A stretch of 64,000 bases of DNA from Octopus sinensis (lineage: Eukaryota). The notes below the pieces were generated by a model. The model was given only the letters and a program-made list of their open reading frames with translations. It searched no databases and had not been told where the DNA came from. Of the stretch, positions 38,270 to 51,445 are shown in pieces (within the stretch, counting starts at the first letter, position 1; each line of letters starts with the position of its first letter). The stretch covers positions 23,374,001-23,438,000 of the forward strand of contig NC_043003.1 of NCBI RefSeq assembly GCF_006345805.1, in the 5' to 3' direction. A program made the position numbers and the translations under genes.

Positions 38270-38690
38270 TACTTGGTGTCACGCCGTGTTATACAGTAAC
38301 TGGGATGTATTGTGGTACTGCAAAAACGGAAGTCTAAATTAAGAAATTCCTTCTGTCATATGACGGTAAACGATTCATTGCAACGTTCGTTCGTATGTCA
38401 TAGCAATAGTGTTAACAGCAAGGAAACGGACCATGTGAAAATCTGATAAAGTTGCAGAGAACAGCCCAAATATGTACTTCAGAACACTGTGTAGACCTCA
38501 CAGACTGGACAAAAGCAGAGGAGTAGATGCAGGACAAATGCTTATTCTGTGAGATTAAGAAGTAGACACGTTATACTGAAACCAGCGAATTAATCCCAAT
38601 GAGAAAAGAAGACCTGGCAACAAAACTTTGACTTGGAAAGTATGCATGTTAACAACATGACAGATATCTGAGCAAGGTAATCTTTCGTAG
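38270..38690 (+). mobile_element. Degenerate RTE LINE 3' remnant
   Basis: VLWYCKNGSL and NPNEKRRPGNKTLTWK resemble the RTE VLLYG.ETW and W.P.G.R.RG.P..TW motifs. Confidence 0.4.
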
Positions 38691-38694
38691 AGAA

Positions 38695-39000
38695 GTTAGT
38701 TAGTTAAGTTAGTTAATTTTTTGGCTTAAAAAGCAAAAAAGCAAGGCCATGAAGGGGGACATGGAGTTATGTACAGGGTGGTGTTCATGTAAAGAGTTCA
38801 GGCCACTTGTGGTCAAGGGAGACTTTGAACCGAGCGGTCGTCGGCATCTTCACCATCTCGTCCGGCAGCTTATTCAACGGATCCGCAACCCGGACGGAGA
38901 AAGCCCCTCTCCTTCGATTGAGATGAAATCGTCGCAGATAGAGCTTTTCGGAATGACCCCGCAGCCGACGCTCTGGAGCAGGAGAGAAGGCTGTGAAAGG
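38695..39000 (-). mobile_element. CR1-type LINE 3' end, little decayed
   Basis: ERRLRGHSEKLYLRRFHLNRRRGAFSVRVADPLNKLPDEMVKMPTTARFKVSLDHKWPELFT*, then a short UTR and a (TAAC)n tail. Confidence 0.85.
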
Positions 39001-40405
39001 AAGAAGTCTGCCAGATATAGATTTATATTGGGAAATTCCTACATTGAGCTATCGTCCAATGCCCATGTTAGATCATGTAGCTTTAGAAACACCGTTGCTT
39101 TTAAGTTGTTCAAGTGTAAGTCGACTCTTGCAGAATCCACCTGGCAATATATCGAAATTATGAATAAATTTGCAGACGGATCTAAACAAAAATGCAACAC
39201 AATCATTGTCATACGATTCAACGATAGTTTTTTTTTGTTTTCTACTTAAAAAGGGGAAAATGCTAATCAGAAGCGTGTACAAGCGAATTTCAAAGATCCT
39301 GATTTCTGAACAGTGTGAATAAGTGAAAGGATTTGATAACGCTGCAGATAGCTCTCGTGGTCTTAAGGTATATTTTAGGGTGTCGAAACAACGGCCTTAT
39401 TGCATAGTTCGCATTTACAAACTCGGATTTGGCACAGAGAAGAAAAGTATTGGTGCAGCCGTTCTCGTTCCTAGTATTAGGTGTTGCTGATGCTACACTG
39501 ACATCAAACGCGTTCTTCTCTCTCTCTCCTTCAATCCTCTTCCTCCTCTCGCTCCTCTGTCCTTTCTCTCTTCCCACTATCTCTCTCCCCTCTTTCCCCT
39601 CTCTCTCTATGCTTGAAAGTAAATATGTCTGGGTTTTAGCGAAAAGGTCATATTTATGCCCTTCGTGTTCAGTTAATAAGTTCTGCCATCTCATTCTCTT
39701 CCTCTGTCTCCCAATATTTCTATCTGTATGTGTATATTCCTGCGCTCGATACTCTCGCGTGTATGTTTGCGTCTAGCATCAAAACGTAGAGTGGCCAAAA
39801 CAAGATGAATGCCCAGTCAGCCATGCCAAATTGTCAGCGTCCAATCAGCAGTGTTGAATCATCCCGTTCCAATTTAGCATAGTTTATGATGACATAAAAC
39901 ATAAATATAAGGAAGTCATCTGGGGTACAAGAGTGGCGATGTGCCAATTGCAAATATAAGAGGAGAATGTTTCAACATGGATATGGCATGAAGCAAACAC
40001 ACAATGTATAAATAATTGACAGGCGTTGGTGTCATACATGCAAGGATTCTGTGTAGTGTTGCAAGGATAACAGAGGAGACGGTTGCTACGTAATAATTCA
40101 AAAGAAACTGGACTAATCTAGGTAGAATAAAAGGAGATCAGATATACTGGGGGATATAATAGTCTGAGGTGGTCCCTAAACTTTAATGATTTCAAGTAAA
40201 AGGGTGATGAAAATATTTACTCACACTCGAGTTTGGAGTCTACGCCCCTTTGTGAGTTCATGCAGTAGATGAAAACTGCTCAGAGAAACTTTTAGTAGCA
40301 GTGGAGCGAGTTTCGTCTGCATCAGATAATATGTTTATACATACAAACGTATGTGCATTATACACATCTCTGTGTGTGTGAGATAATGTGAGATAATTGA
40401 ATATG

Positions 40406-40465
<60 letters not shown>

Positions 40466-40559
40466 ATAGAAATGGTAAGACAACAAAAGAATGAAAGAGA
40501 CCTCGATATTATGTAAATAGAGGAATTTATCTGCAAATATAATATGTGATAATTATTCG

Positions 40560-40870
40560 GTCGCCATAGTAAAACTTCAAGTTTCGGATGTCGGGGCGGA
40601 AACCCACGCCGCTATCTCTTCAGTTATCGGGCCATCGATAACTTTGTTATCTCCAGTACTCTTTCGTTCTCCTGTGTGGTCCTTCTGTCCGGCGGCCGCC
40701 ATGATAGTTCGGTAGCCACTACACACATTTTTTCGCCCTCCTTGTTTCTTTCTATGTTCCTTTCTGAGTAAGAGCGTATGCTCGAAACGTAAAAGACTTT
40801 TTTCACTTCCCGAGCATTATACTAATACATCTGTTTGTTTTCTACACCATCTGTCTTCGTCTTTTCCTTT
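40560..40870 (+). mobile_element. Penelope-like 3' tail fragment (tail family 1)
   Basis: Homologous to 13540-13775; ends in (TA)n; contains an HHR-like motif. Confidence 0.6.
40760..40795 (+). ncRNA. Minimal hammerhead-ribozyme-like motif
   Basis: CTTT-CTGAGTA-A-GAGC-GTAT-GCTC-GAAAC-GTA-AAAG. Confidence 0.55.
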
Positions 40871-40883
40871 TTTCATGAATTCT

Positions 40884-40960
<77 letters not shown>

Positions 40961-41610
40961 TGGCGATATGTGTATGCATGTATGTGTGTACGTGTGTATG
41001 TGAATGTATGTATATATATGTATACGTGTATTTTTATATACGTTTCGTAGAGTAACTAGGAGTAAGTAACAAATGTTATGCTCGAAAATCTCGGTCTCTG
41101 AGCTACTATGGATATTTTCTATACATTAAACTGAACAAAGCACAAGTAAGAGACAAGCATTAAAAAAAAACACGGAAGGGGAAGCTTACAGAAAGAATTG
41201 CAGCTAGTGTTAGCTCACTGCATTGCATCTGCTTCATATGTATTCTGTGAATAAATAGTATTGGAACACATTAGAAATTGTATCGACAGAAATACTTTTG
41301 GTAGTTGTGTAATGTTGTTTACAGTCTTCGGTATAAAGGGAGCTTCGACAGCTATTGTATGTAACCGAATACACGATATCTTAAACAACACAACAGTAGC
41401 AAATAAAACAGTCTCGTAGAGAAAATTCACTTTCAATATTAGTTAAATGTTGTTCTGTTAACTTAAATATGGCGCTTGAAAGTTACTGAGTTCCTAGAAG
41501 CTAAATCTAGATAATACACTGACACCTGCATGCATTCCATCAATTTTCTTCTCTCCATATCATCCTTTCTCTTGTTCTCTCTGTTTATCCCTCGCTATAT
41601 ATCTATATCT

Positions 41611-41666
<56 letters not shown>

Positions 41667-41667
41667 G

Positions 41668-41699
<32 letters not shown>

Positions 41700-41703
<4 letters not shown>

Positions 41704-41901
41704 CTTTTTACTCCTTTACTCTCTTTTACTTGTTTCAGTTATTTGACTGTGGCCATGCTGGAGCACCGCTATGAGTCGAGCAAATCGACCCCAGGAAATA
41801 TTCTTTGTAAGACTAGTACTTATTCTATCGGTCTCTTTTGCCGAACCGCTAAGTTATGGTGACATAAACACACCACCATCGGTTGTCAAGCGATGTTGCG
41901 G

Positions 41902-41905
<4 letters not shown>
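41700..41905 (-). mobile_element. SINE family 2 tail half
   Basis: Reverse complement of 37970-38150; runs into (TA)n where the head would be. Confidence 0.85.
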
Positions 41906-41957
<52 letters not shown>

Positions 41958-42239
41958 GGTACATATATACACACTGGCACGCACACACATACATATGCGT
42001 ATGCCATAGTACATATATGAGCCTGTGTGTAGTAGGTTGCCTTTTGGTCCCCGATGTCCCACCTAAACCGGGCTGTACGCCCGTTTGTTTAAAAACAACT
42101 CTCATTGTGCTGACGTAAATATTTAATTTTGTAGATTAAAGTTTCTCGACACCTATGTCAGATTGGACTTGTGTGCTGAGACTAGCTAAGCTAGAATTGA
42201 TGCAGCTAGGCACGTGAAGCACCTATGGGCACGATAATC

Positions 42240-42440
42240 CTTTGTACTATAAGTATAATGCACGAAATTTTGAAAGAGGGGCAATCCAATTACATCGATA
42301 TCCGGGATCGACTGATGCTTATTTTATCGACGTCGAAATGATGAAAGACAAGTCAACTTCGGCGGAATTTGAACACAGAACATATAACCCGAAGAAATAC
42401 CGATTAACATTTTGTAGGGCGCGCTAAAGATTTTGCCAGC
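42240..42440 (-). mobile_element. SINE family 3
   Basis: Family-3 core ...GAAAGACAAGTCAACTTCGGCGGAATTTGAAC. Confidence 0.75.
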
Positions 42441-42769
42441 ACAGAATAAGGATGTGCACATTAATTTTCCATATTATAAAGTTTTCGCACATATTGACTC
42501 GGTGAGCAAATATCGCCCTACAAACCTTGTAAAGAATCACTGAGCGCAGCGGACTACTAGACACAGCGTTTCGGCATGATTTCGCCCCTTCACTGGTAGC
42601 AACTCACTCTATCGTTTACAGCTAAATGCAAACGGATAGAAAATCTATGTACAAAGTATTATTTCGATTGTCACTACTTCGTGTGAAATCATACATTTCA
42701 ACGTGCGGACACTCATACACGCATAAACACCAATATCTATATATGTATACAGTTATGTATTATTTCTTT

Positions 42770-42995
42770 TTTGCCCACAAGGAGCTAAATATAGAGGGGA
42801 CAAATAAGGACAGACAAAGGGATTAAAGTCGATTATAAACGACCCCCAGTGCGTAGCTGATACTTAATTTAACGATCCGAAAGGATGAAAGGCAAAGTCG
42901 ACCTCGGCGGAATTTGAACTCAGAATGTAGCGACAGACGAAATACCGCTAAGCATTTCGCCCGGCGTGCTAACGTTTCTGCCACCTCGCCGCCAT
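42770..42995 (-). mobile_element. SINE family 3, near full-length
   Basis: Close match to 15472-15702, including the CCCACAAGG..GGACAGACAAA tail variant. Confidence 0.85.
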
Positions 42996-44089
42996 ATATA
43001 CAGTTATGTACGTATAAATGCTGGTGTGTGTGACATAATCTCTAGAGTCCTGTCATTATGAAGAAATATGTGCGTTCGTAAGTGACAAAATTGTTTCTCT
43101 GTAAGCGAATTAAGTCTAATACTTCTGTATGCTTGTATACAATTTTACTTCACATCGAATTAATTATAAACATCAATAGACATACGATGGTTAATATTGC
43201 GAATAGATGAATGACGTTCAAGATCATCTTGTTAACATTCATAATATATGTTATGCATAGTAAATCGCTTCCATTTGCAACGTTTGTAAATCTTTCTTGG
43301 AACCCATTTAATAATACTTTAGTTTAGATTTATCAGTATACGTATATACTGAAAAACACGCACAATAAGACGTAAAGAATTAGAGAAAAGGGACGATAAT
43401 TCGTGTTTGTGGGAGGTAAAAGAGAGAAAGAGAGGAAAAGTGAAGACAGAAAGAGAAGTTTTACATAGAAAAACTGAATGACTATGCAGAAATAAATACA
43501 AAGCCTTGCAGTTAGTGTTAGCTTTACCAAATTACTTTTACTCCATTTGATAACTGCAAGGAAGTAGTATTGAAGCTCTTTTGAAAATTGTGTCAATACA
43601 AACCCATTAACATACATAGCTATGTATGCAGCCATGAACGTAGAAGTGTTTGAATTGTTAATTGTAACCTTCCTTAAAGCATGAAGTCTTGAGCAACAAA
43701 AGAGTAACTGGCTTTCATATATCGTTGTAAAGGAAACCGCTTTTATTTTATCTCACTGCTTTAAAAATACTGAACTAAAATGGCGTTGCTACATTAATCA
43801 TTTCATTTATGATGAATTAGGTTACGCATTCGAAAATGTACCACCTCCGTATCTAAAGACAGACAGACAGAAACACACACGCACAAACACACAAGCAAAC
43901 GCACACACACATACACACTCACTCAACACACATGTGTATAAGTGTATTTGTGCTTCCGTGTATGTGTATATGAATAATTAACAGCTTTTTTACTGATGTG
44001 TGTTGTAAAGAATATCCTTGCAACGATCGCGAAGCAGGCAGTTAGGAAGCTGAATGATACAGAAATGATTATGGGGATTGGGGCCAGTT

Positions 44090-44460
44090 GAAGCAGGGTT
44101 TGACTACTTGTTGTGTCTGTCTCTTTTACTGAACCGATGAACAGGAGGAACGTAAACATATCACCACCAGCTGTGAAGCGGTGGCGAAGACGAAGACAGT
44201 CACAAAGACACACACGCACACACACACACACACACATACACACACAACACACACACACACACACACACACACAAATACACGCAGACACATATAAACACAA
44301 AGACACGCACACACAAACTGGCTTCTTTCAGTTTCCGCCTGCCAAATCTACTTACAAGATCTGCAGCTATTGTAAGAAAACAAAAAAACACGACGCCAAA
44401 GTGACACGAAGTAGGATTGAACACGAAATCAAATGGTTGAGAAGCAATGTCTCTGTGCGG
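44090..44460 (-). mobile_element. SINE family 2 with internal (CA)n
   Basis: Reverse-complement homology to 37768-38162. Confidence 0.75.
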
Positions 44461-45577
44461 GGAGGAATACGTAGTATTTATATATGCAAGCGGTGACTAT
44501 ACGTGACTTTATTTTTAACCACTGAAAATATTTAGTTATAAGTACGAGAAAATGACTATGATATCTATTTATTCTGCTAAGCAAGTGATAGTATTCACGT
44601 TAGTTTCCAGACAATTCACTTCACACCAAACTATAAACTTGAACACTTCTAAAATGCTTGACATCGGTAGGTGATGAATGACATTCATAGATCACCTTAT
44701 GTACCAGAGTAATACGGGTTATACATAATAAATCTCTCATGCTTGTAAAATTCCTGACTCATTCTTCAAATTCATTTAATCATAATTTAGCAATGTGTCA
44801 ACATTCTGAAAATTACTTTAAACTGCTAGTTTAAAATTCAGATGAGGCTGTCGACTACGGAAATTGTATGTGCCAAAGTTCAACCTTAGCGCTCTTGTCA
44901 ACTTCTCACATTTCTATAACTCAAGAGATTGTTCATATCAGACGTAACTAAAATTATTTATTATTGAAAACTCTTACATAATATAACAGTATTATTTGCC
45001 AGTTTATATTCTCTTATTCTTTTACTAGTCACCGCCATTATACTTCAGCTATGCTTAGGCACGACCTTAAAAGGTTTTCGTCTATCATATTAACCTCAGT
45101 AGATATTTTAAGCCTGTTAGTAATTTTACCAAACTCTATTTATAGGAAAGGCCACGTTACCACTTTGACATAGAATGACGTAACATGACACGGTATTTTC
45201 TTGCCAGTTAACATAAGACGCACACATGGACATTCATACACACTCATATGTAAAGAGAAATATATATATATATAGAGAGAGAGAGAGGAAGAAAATGAGA
45301 TGAAAATTGCGAGGACATAGAGCGGGACAGCGTGAGAGAGTGAGATAAGAATAGAAAGTGAAAGTAGATAGCGGGGAAGATGAGAAAGTAACATGAGACA
45401 GTTAAAATGATTTGCAACCAGCGATAACATATTACATATATTTTATGTAGGAACTATAAGGAAACTGTATTCAAATACTTTAAAGTTTGAGGAGTGTAAA
45501 TTACATTAAAAAAGATATTGGTATATTTATAGTGCCCGGTGTAGAAAAGGTTAAATCATCATAATGTTCTTTCTTTC

Positions 45578-45621
<44 letters not shown>

Positions 45622-46699
45622 ACAGAATGAGATAATAAAGCCAAAGCTGTGAGGAGAGTTTAGGACATTTATAATGAAATAGTCTTAGAGCTCTTTCTGG
45701 GTTATTATGGATATCCCTTCAGCAGAGACGGTGTGAAATAATATTTGAGTTCGAATTATTATGGAAAAGAAGGAGATAGGGAATATAGAGAGAAATAAGT
45801 GAATGAAAGTAGAAATAAGATATATAAAGATATTGTAGTTGCAGTTCTATTATTGAAGGAAAATGGTGTATAGAAGTGGTAAAAAAGTTTCCTGTACATG
45901 GTATGCAAGCTACAAAGCAGTTCATGTTTATTCATTTTAAAGTATGGAGCCATGGAATCAGTGTTGCTCGTTCGAAAGGGTCTTTTGGTGTGAATGAAAA
46001 TCTGGGAATGTATTGGTAGTATTTGTGGATACATGGGGGGGGGAGAGATGTATGATTAGAAAGAGGATATAGGTCAAATTTAAAACAGGAAGAGAAAATG
46101 AGAGGAAAAAAGAGAGCAAAAGGAAATAGAAAAATGGAGAGAGAAAAACAACAAAAATGAAAATAGTGAAAAAAGGGAAAAAGAAGAAAGGGTGAAAGAA
46201 GTGAAAATAGGAGTGTTAATTGGTGGCCAAGATAATGTGATGGGAGGATGGGAGAGGTGTGGGGATGGAGAGGAAGGGATGAGAAGGTAAGGAGTAAAAG
46301 AATGTGTGATATGTGAATACAGGTGCTATGAAAGAGCTGCATTAAGAGATGGGTAGAGAAAAGTTAGAGATGTATGGGTGGGGTGCTAACGGAGTAGTAG
46401 TTTCGGTATTAAAATTTGACGTGGAAGGAAGCGTACAAGGATGTCAAATTACTATAAATAGACGTATGTGATAGGTTCGTGATAGGTAGGAATCAAAGAG
46501 GGGGAAGGAAGGTATAAGGGCATACGTGCGCATGCACTCACATGCATGCGCCCAGCTGCACACGCATTTACAGTCACACGCATGCGAGCATACAGGTACT
46601 TACGTATACATATATACATATATACACACTTATTCATACATATTTGTATATATACATGCACGTACACATACATACACAGACACGAACGTATATATATAT

Positions 46700-46760
<61 letters not shown>

Positions 46761-46959
46761 TATGCATGTATGTATGTATATTACATACATATACTCACAT
46801 ATAAATACATACATAAAATTTACTTCTACACACATTCACACTCACACAAATATGTATCCGCCATATATACATGTCCATATATACAGTATTAAATGATTAT
46901 GATCCTTATAGTAAGATAGGGGGTTAATATTAAACATTGAAATGTAGATAAATAGGTAC

Positions 46960-47780
46960 ATTATTTACAATATCTTCATTCGACGGATATGTGACCTCAT
47001 CTTTTTTGTTGTTAACGCCCTCCAGCCTTCTTGAGGTTGATTGGGGAAATTTTGAAGCTGGGTTCTCATTGCTAAGAACTTGGAATCTTGGGATTAGTAG
47101 CCCGCGCTCTTAACCACTACACCATATGCCCGCGTGCAATTATGGAGTGAATTTTAGGGCTTATAAATCTAATATTTTTATATCCTTCTTTAATACCGGT
47201 TCCCATATGCTACTCATATCTGCACTCGGTCTGCTTAGGAGGTAGTTGTGCCCTAGCATATGTTATGCTTCTTTTAGCTTTCGTATTTTCCAGTGGTGTT
47301 CTCTATTATTTTAACTTCATTCCACAAGGTGAGGTGGTCTCCATTTTTCCATACATGATCAGCTATAACTGATTTATCTCCTCGTGTCACAGCTTTGCGA
47401 TGTTCGTCTACCCTTATTTTGAGGGGGCGGCATGTTTCGCCTTTGTATAACCTACCACAGCTACATGGGATGGAGTACACGCAGTATTTTGTCATATTCT
47501 CTTCTATTGGTGGTTTTAATCGAAGGGGATATTTTCGAAGTGCTTTATTACTCTTGAATACCGTCCTGATATCATATGTGCCACATGTCGTTTGAATCTT
47601 TTCGGAGAGGCCTTTCACGTGGCGTAGACAGACTGTGGACATTTTATTGGCCTCATCCTCTTTCTTCTTCAGAATTTGAGTGGATAGTATACTTTTGGGG
47701 TAGTTGTTGCTTAATAGAAGCTGAGAGCAAATGACAAGTCGTCAGGGAAATGTAAAACAAAATAGTTTCTACATTGCCGG
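46960..47780 (-). mobile_element. Penelope-like element 3' part (GIY-YIG endonuclease + tail)
   Basis: VKGLSEKIQ...IRTVFKS...CVYSIPCSCGRLYKGETCRPLKIRVDEH...SVIADHVW...KIIE...KEA...WEPVIKKDIKILDL* (stop at 47161-47163). Confidence 0.9.
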
Positions 47781-47997
47781 AGTAGATAGCGTTGCACTAT
47801 CTCGTTGACAGGGGCTACGTTGACTACAGCCATAATTAACTGATCCTCCTGTATTTTCTTTTACTCAAAGCCCGGAAATTCCCAGTAGCCTCTCGTATAT
47901 ATATATATATATATATATAATGGTTGTATACTGTCAATCTAACAAGAACGTGACAGTAGGACTTCGTCAAACTCTGCATAAGGAGTAGACAACCACC

Positions 47998-48037
<40 letters not shown>

Positions 48038-48054
48038 TGTGTGTGTGTGTGTGA

Positions 48055-48205
48055 GGTTTTGTTTCAGTTTCCATATATAACGCCGACGCACAAGGCTTTG
48101 GTCGGCCCGAGGTCATTGTAGAAGACATGTGCCCAAGATGTCACGCAGTGGGACGGAATACAGAACCATGTGGTTGGTAAGCAAGCTTCTTCCCACGCAG
48201 TCACA
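48055..48205 (-). mobile_element. SINE family 2 head half
   Basis: CAAGGCTTTGGTCGGCCCGAGG...TGCCCAAGATGTCACGCAGTGGGAC..AACCATGTGGTTGGTAAGCAAGC. Confidence 0.8.
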
Positions 48206-48625
48206 ACTAGAGAATTGTTAAAGAAGATAGCTACGTAATAATGGCAGCAATAATCATAAAGCTGAAAATGTGAAAAGAATTACATAGACTCAACACATAA
48301 AGAGAAACAAACACCTGACTAATGACGACATGCTTACGACAATACCTGCTAACTATAAAGAAAGAGCGACACATCCCAGCAGCGCTTCTTCTTCGTGTTA
48401 AGCCTATGGAGGATTAGAAACATTGATAAGGAATTAATGATCTTAACCAAACAGCTCGACGCTAATACAAATGTAAGAAAAACAAATCTTCATGCAAAAA
48501 ATGAGCTTATCACAGAGTTGTGTAACACGCACATACGCACACATCACACATAAACACACATATATAGGTATACATATATGTGTGTGTGCGTATATATATA
48601 TATAATATATATATATATTATATAT

Positions 48626-48676
<51 letters not shown>

Positions 48677-48705
48677 TATATATAATATATGATTTTATAT
48701 ATATA

Positions 48706-48935
48706 CAGGGTTGGGCCAAAGTCAGCTGACAGTAATTCAAAACCATTTAACTCTAAGATTTATTTATGTTTAACAAGTGAATCTGATAAAAGCATCTAAA
48801 TATGAAACATCAAGAAAATTGTTCAAACTGAAGTCCTTCTTGAGCGACATCTTTTTCGATTCGAGTCAATACAGAATTGCCGATAGAATTTATGGAATTT
48901 TTGATTTACAGTCTGGTGACCTTTGGCCAACCCTA
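48706..48935. mobile_element. 230-bp Tc1/mariner-type MITE
   Basis: Imperfect TIRs CAGGGTTGGGCCAAAGTCAGCTGAC / GTCTGGTGACCTTTGGCCAACCCTA with TA on both sides. Confidence 0.8.
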
Positions 48936-49821
48936 TATGTAAGTATATATATATATATAATTTAAATAATCAGGAAACGAGGAAAACCTATGATCAACTA
49001 ACAAACAAATTGTACCACATCGGTAGATTATTTTTTAATACAATACATGGTATAACAATTCTATATCTTACCGCCTTTTCCACTTCCAATATTAGTCGGT
49101 GCTTGTGAAAGAATTTCGAAAATAACATTCGTCATCTTCATAGCACATTCAATCTAGTTCATGGATATTCATCAGAGTGAAAACAAATGTGTAAAATAAA
49201 ACAAACGAAGGGAAGAGGGAATAGGAAAGACCAGGGCCTCGAGAAGAAGCCAGAGACCTCAATATATTAAAATAATACCATCTTGCAGCGTGGAGCTTTG
49301 AAGTCGATAAGCATAAGAGTGAACTAGCTTTGGTTTAGAGAAATATTTACGGGTTACTTCCATATAAAGGGGGAAACCATGGTGTTTGAGTTCAAGTGAA
49401 ATAAAGTTAGCACTAAAATACGAAAGGAATTACGAATGTATCTAGAAAAAGTATAGTACTTTTGATATCGTAAATAGGGATACTAAATATTTATCCAAAA
49501 ACAAAACCGTAGGATTCTTATTATGGTGTACTTCTGAAATATTGTAGAAACCACCACCTGTTGTCCGCAATGGAATTGATCAAAGTCTATCCATCGCTAT
49601 AATTGGTCAATTATATTTGGACCAAGGGCAAAAGTTAAGACCGTTACAAAGGAGAAGTAAATAAAGAAGGAACCGAACAAGTAAATAAAGGGTGCGGGTG
49701 AGAAACCTGGTATAAGTTTCACGAGGCTTAGGCGGAAAGACCTAGATGCCCAGCATCGGAGTCTTGTTTCTGTGTTTTTTTTTCTTTTCCAGGTTATTTC
49801 GCATGCTTTCAATGAATGTGA

Positions 49822-49869
49822 CACGCGTAAACGGCTCCTTTCCCCCAGAAAAGGAGCTGTTTACGCGTG
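49822..49869. other. GC-rich 20-bp hairpin with an 8-nt loop
   Basis: CACGCGTAAACGGCTCCTTT-cccccaga-AAAGGAGCTGTTTACGCGTG; 19 Watson-Crick pairs plus one G-U on the plus strand. Confidence 0.85.
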
Positions 49870-50294
49870 ATTCCCCCCATTTGTTGTACTTATATCTCTA
49901 TACTGTGATGTGTCAGTTTTCATTTAACAATGCTACTATTGAGATGCATATGATATTCTATAACCAGGTTCTGCATGAACATATATACCATTACGTCATG
50001 GTAAACAGACCCATTCTGTAGCTAATTCCTCTTTATCTAAATAACTACATGCATCTAGCAATTATTTTGGGATTATACAATTTAAGTAAACAACAATTTA
50101 AACATACTGGTAAATATAATGAAACACCATAGTTATATTTTTGAGTAAATAACGAATAACTAAATAACAATACACAAATTATGGTGAATTACATAATTTA
50201 GGTAAACAATAATATAATCATACCAGTAAAGATAGAAAAAAATTGCTATATTACATTTTTGAATGAAAAAAGCATTGATATAACATTAAATATC

Positions 50295-50525
50295 ACATAT
50301 TCGGGATGGACTTGAGCGAACGATCATAACAGGCAAGGTAAATGGCAGACGTAAAAGAGGCAGACCATCCACTTCTAGGCTGAAAGACATCGCAGGAACA
50401 GGATTGTCTTTATTCTCATCTGTCCATGGGGTAGAGGATAGGAGAAGGTGGCAAGACATCGTGATGACCACAGCATCGCATAGTGCGACACCTGGCTAGG
50501 ATGATGATGATGATGATGATGATTA
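50295..50525 (+). mobile_element. RTE LINE 3' end
   Basis: RDGLERTIITGKVNGRRKRGRPS...VEDRRRWQDIV...* followed by a (GAT)n tail. Confidence 0.85.
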
Positions 50526-51402
50526 TTTCTAAATTTCAGAAAAGAATCTTTAAACCTATAGTAACATGCTGAAATAACTTCAGAGTGATTGTGCCTGATA
50601 TCATCATTGAATAATATTATTTATAGAGTTTTTCACACAAAAGTTACATACTTCTGAATAAGGGTTGTAGTGTTATGAATTTCATATCACAGTCCAGAAT
50701 GATAGATATGTGCGTGTGTATGTGTGCAATTTAATTTCCATAGTCCGATCAGCGTGCAGATATTTGCGATCAGGAATAGTTTGTCTGCTGTCTAAGATTG
50801 CATAATAGTTACATTATCTCTCATACAACTCATTTTCACATGAAAATATCTAATAACTTCTAAAGCTCTAAAATTATCTACATCATAAATACTTAAATGA
50901 CATTCAAGCTCACCTTATATATCGAGTTGTTATGGGTTATATAAATAGTAAATCTAACAGAACATTACTGAACGTTTGTGTAAATTCATTTAATGACAAT
51001 TTAGTGATGTGTCAACATTTTCAAAATTGCTCAAACTACTTGGCTTCTTAAAAATATAAGTGAGGTTGTAGACTAGTGAAATTCAACACAGCAAAGTTCA
51101 GATCTAACGCTCACATTTCAAATGACGATATATTGGTTGAAATATTTTAAAGCAATAATACTATAAAAGGAAAGTAATTTGAGACTGAAACTACTTAAGC
51201 GCAGTTATTGCTAAATAATAAAGAAGTTTGCTTTGAAGTTCGATGGTTTCGGATGTAGTCCCACTACGCAGTATTCAAACCAAGTGACTTCTATAGCACA
51301 ACGCTTTGTGTATGGATTTGGGAAATAGAGATCATGCGGAAATCAATGAAACACATACACATATTCTGTGTGTGTGTGTGATTGATTGAGTGAGAGAGAG
51401 AG

Positions 51403-51445
<43 letters not shown>

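Noticed and set aside
38749-39249. 166-aa plus-strand ORF
   Set aside because: The first half is antisense to the CR1 3' end; the remainder has no recognisable motif.
39073-39282. Minus-strand ORF (…VESYDNDCVAFLFRSVCKF…) as a host exon
   Set aside because: No convincing splice-site pair or recognisable homology.
45420-45555. piggyBac-like right end (…GAAAAGG-TTAA)
   Set aside because: No matching left end identified.
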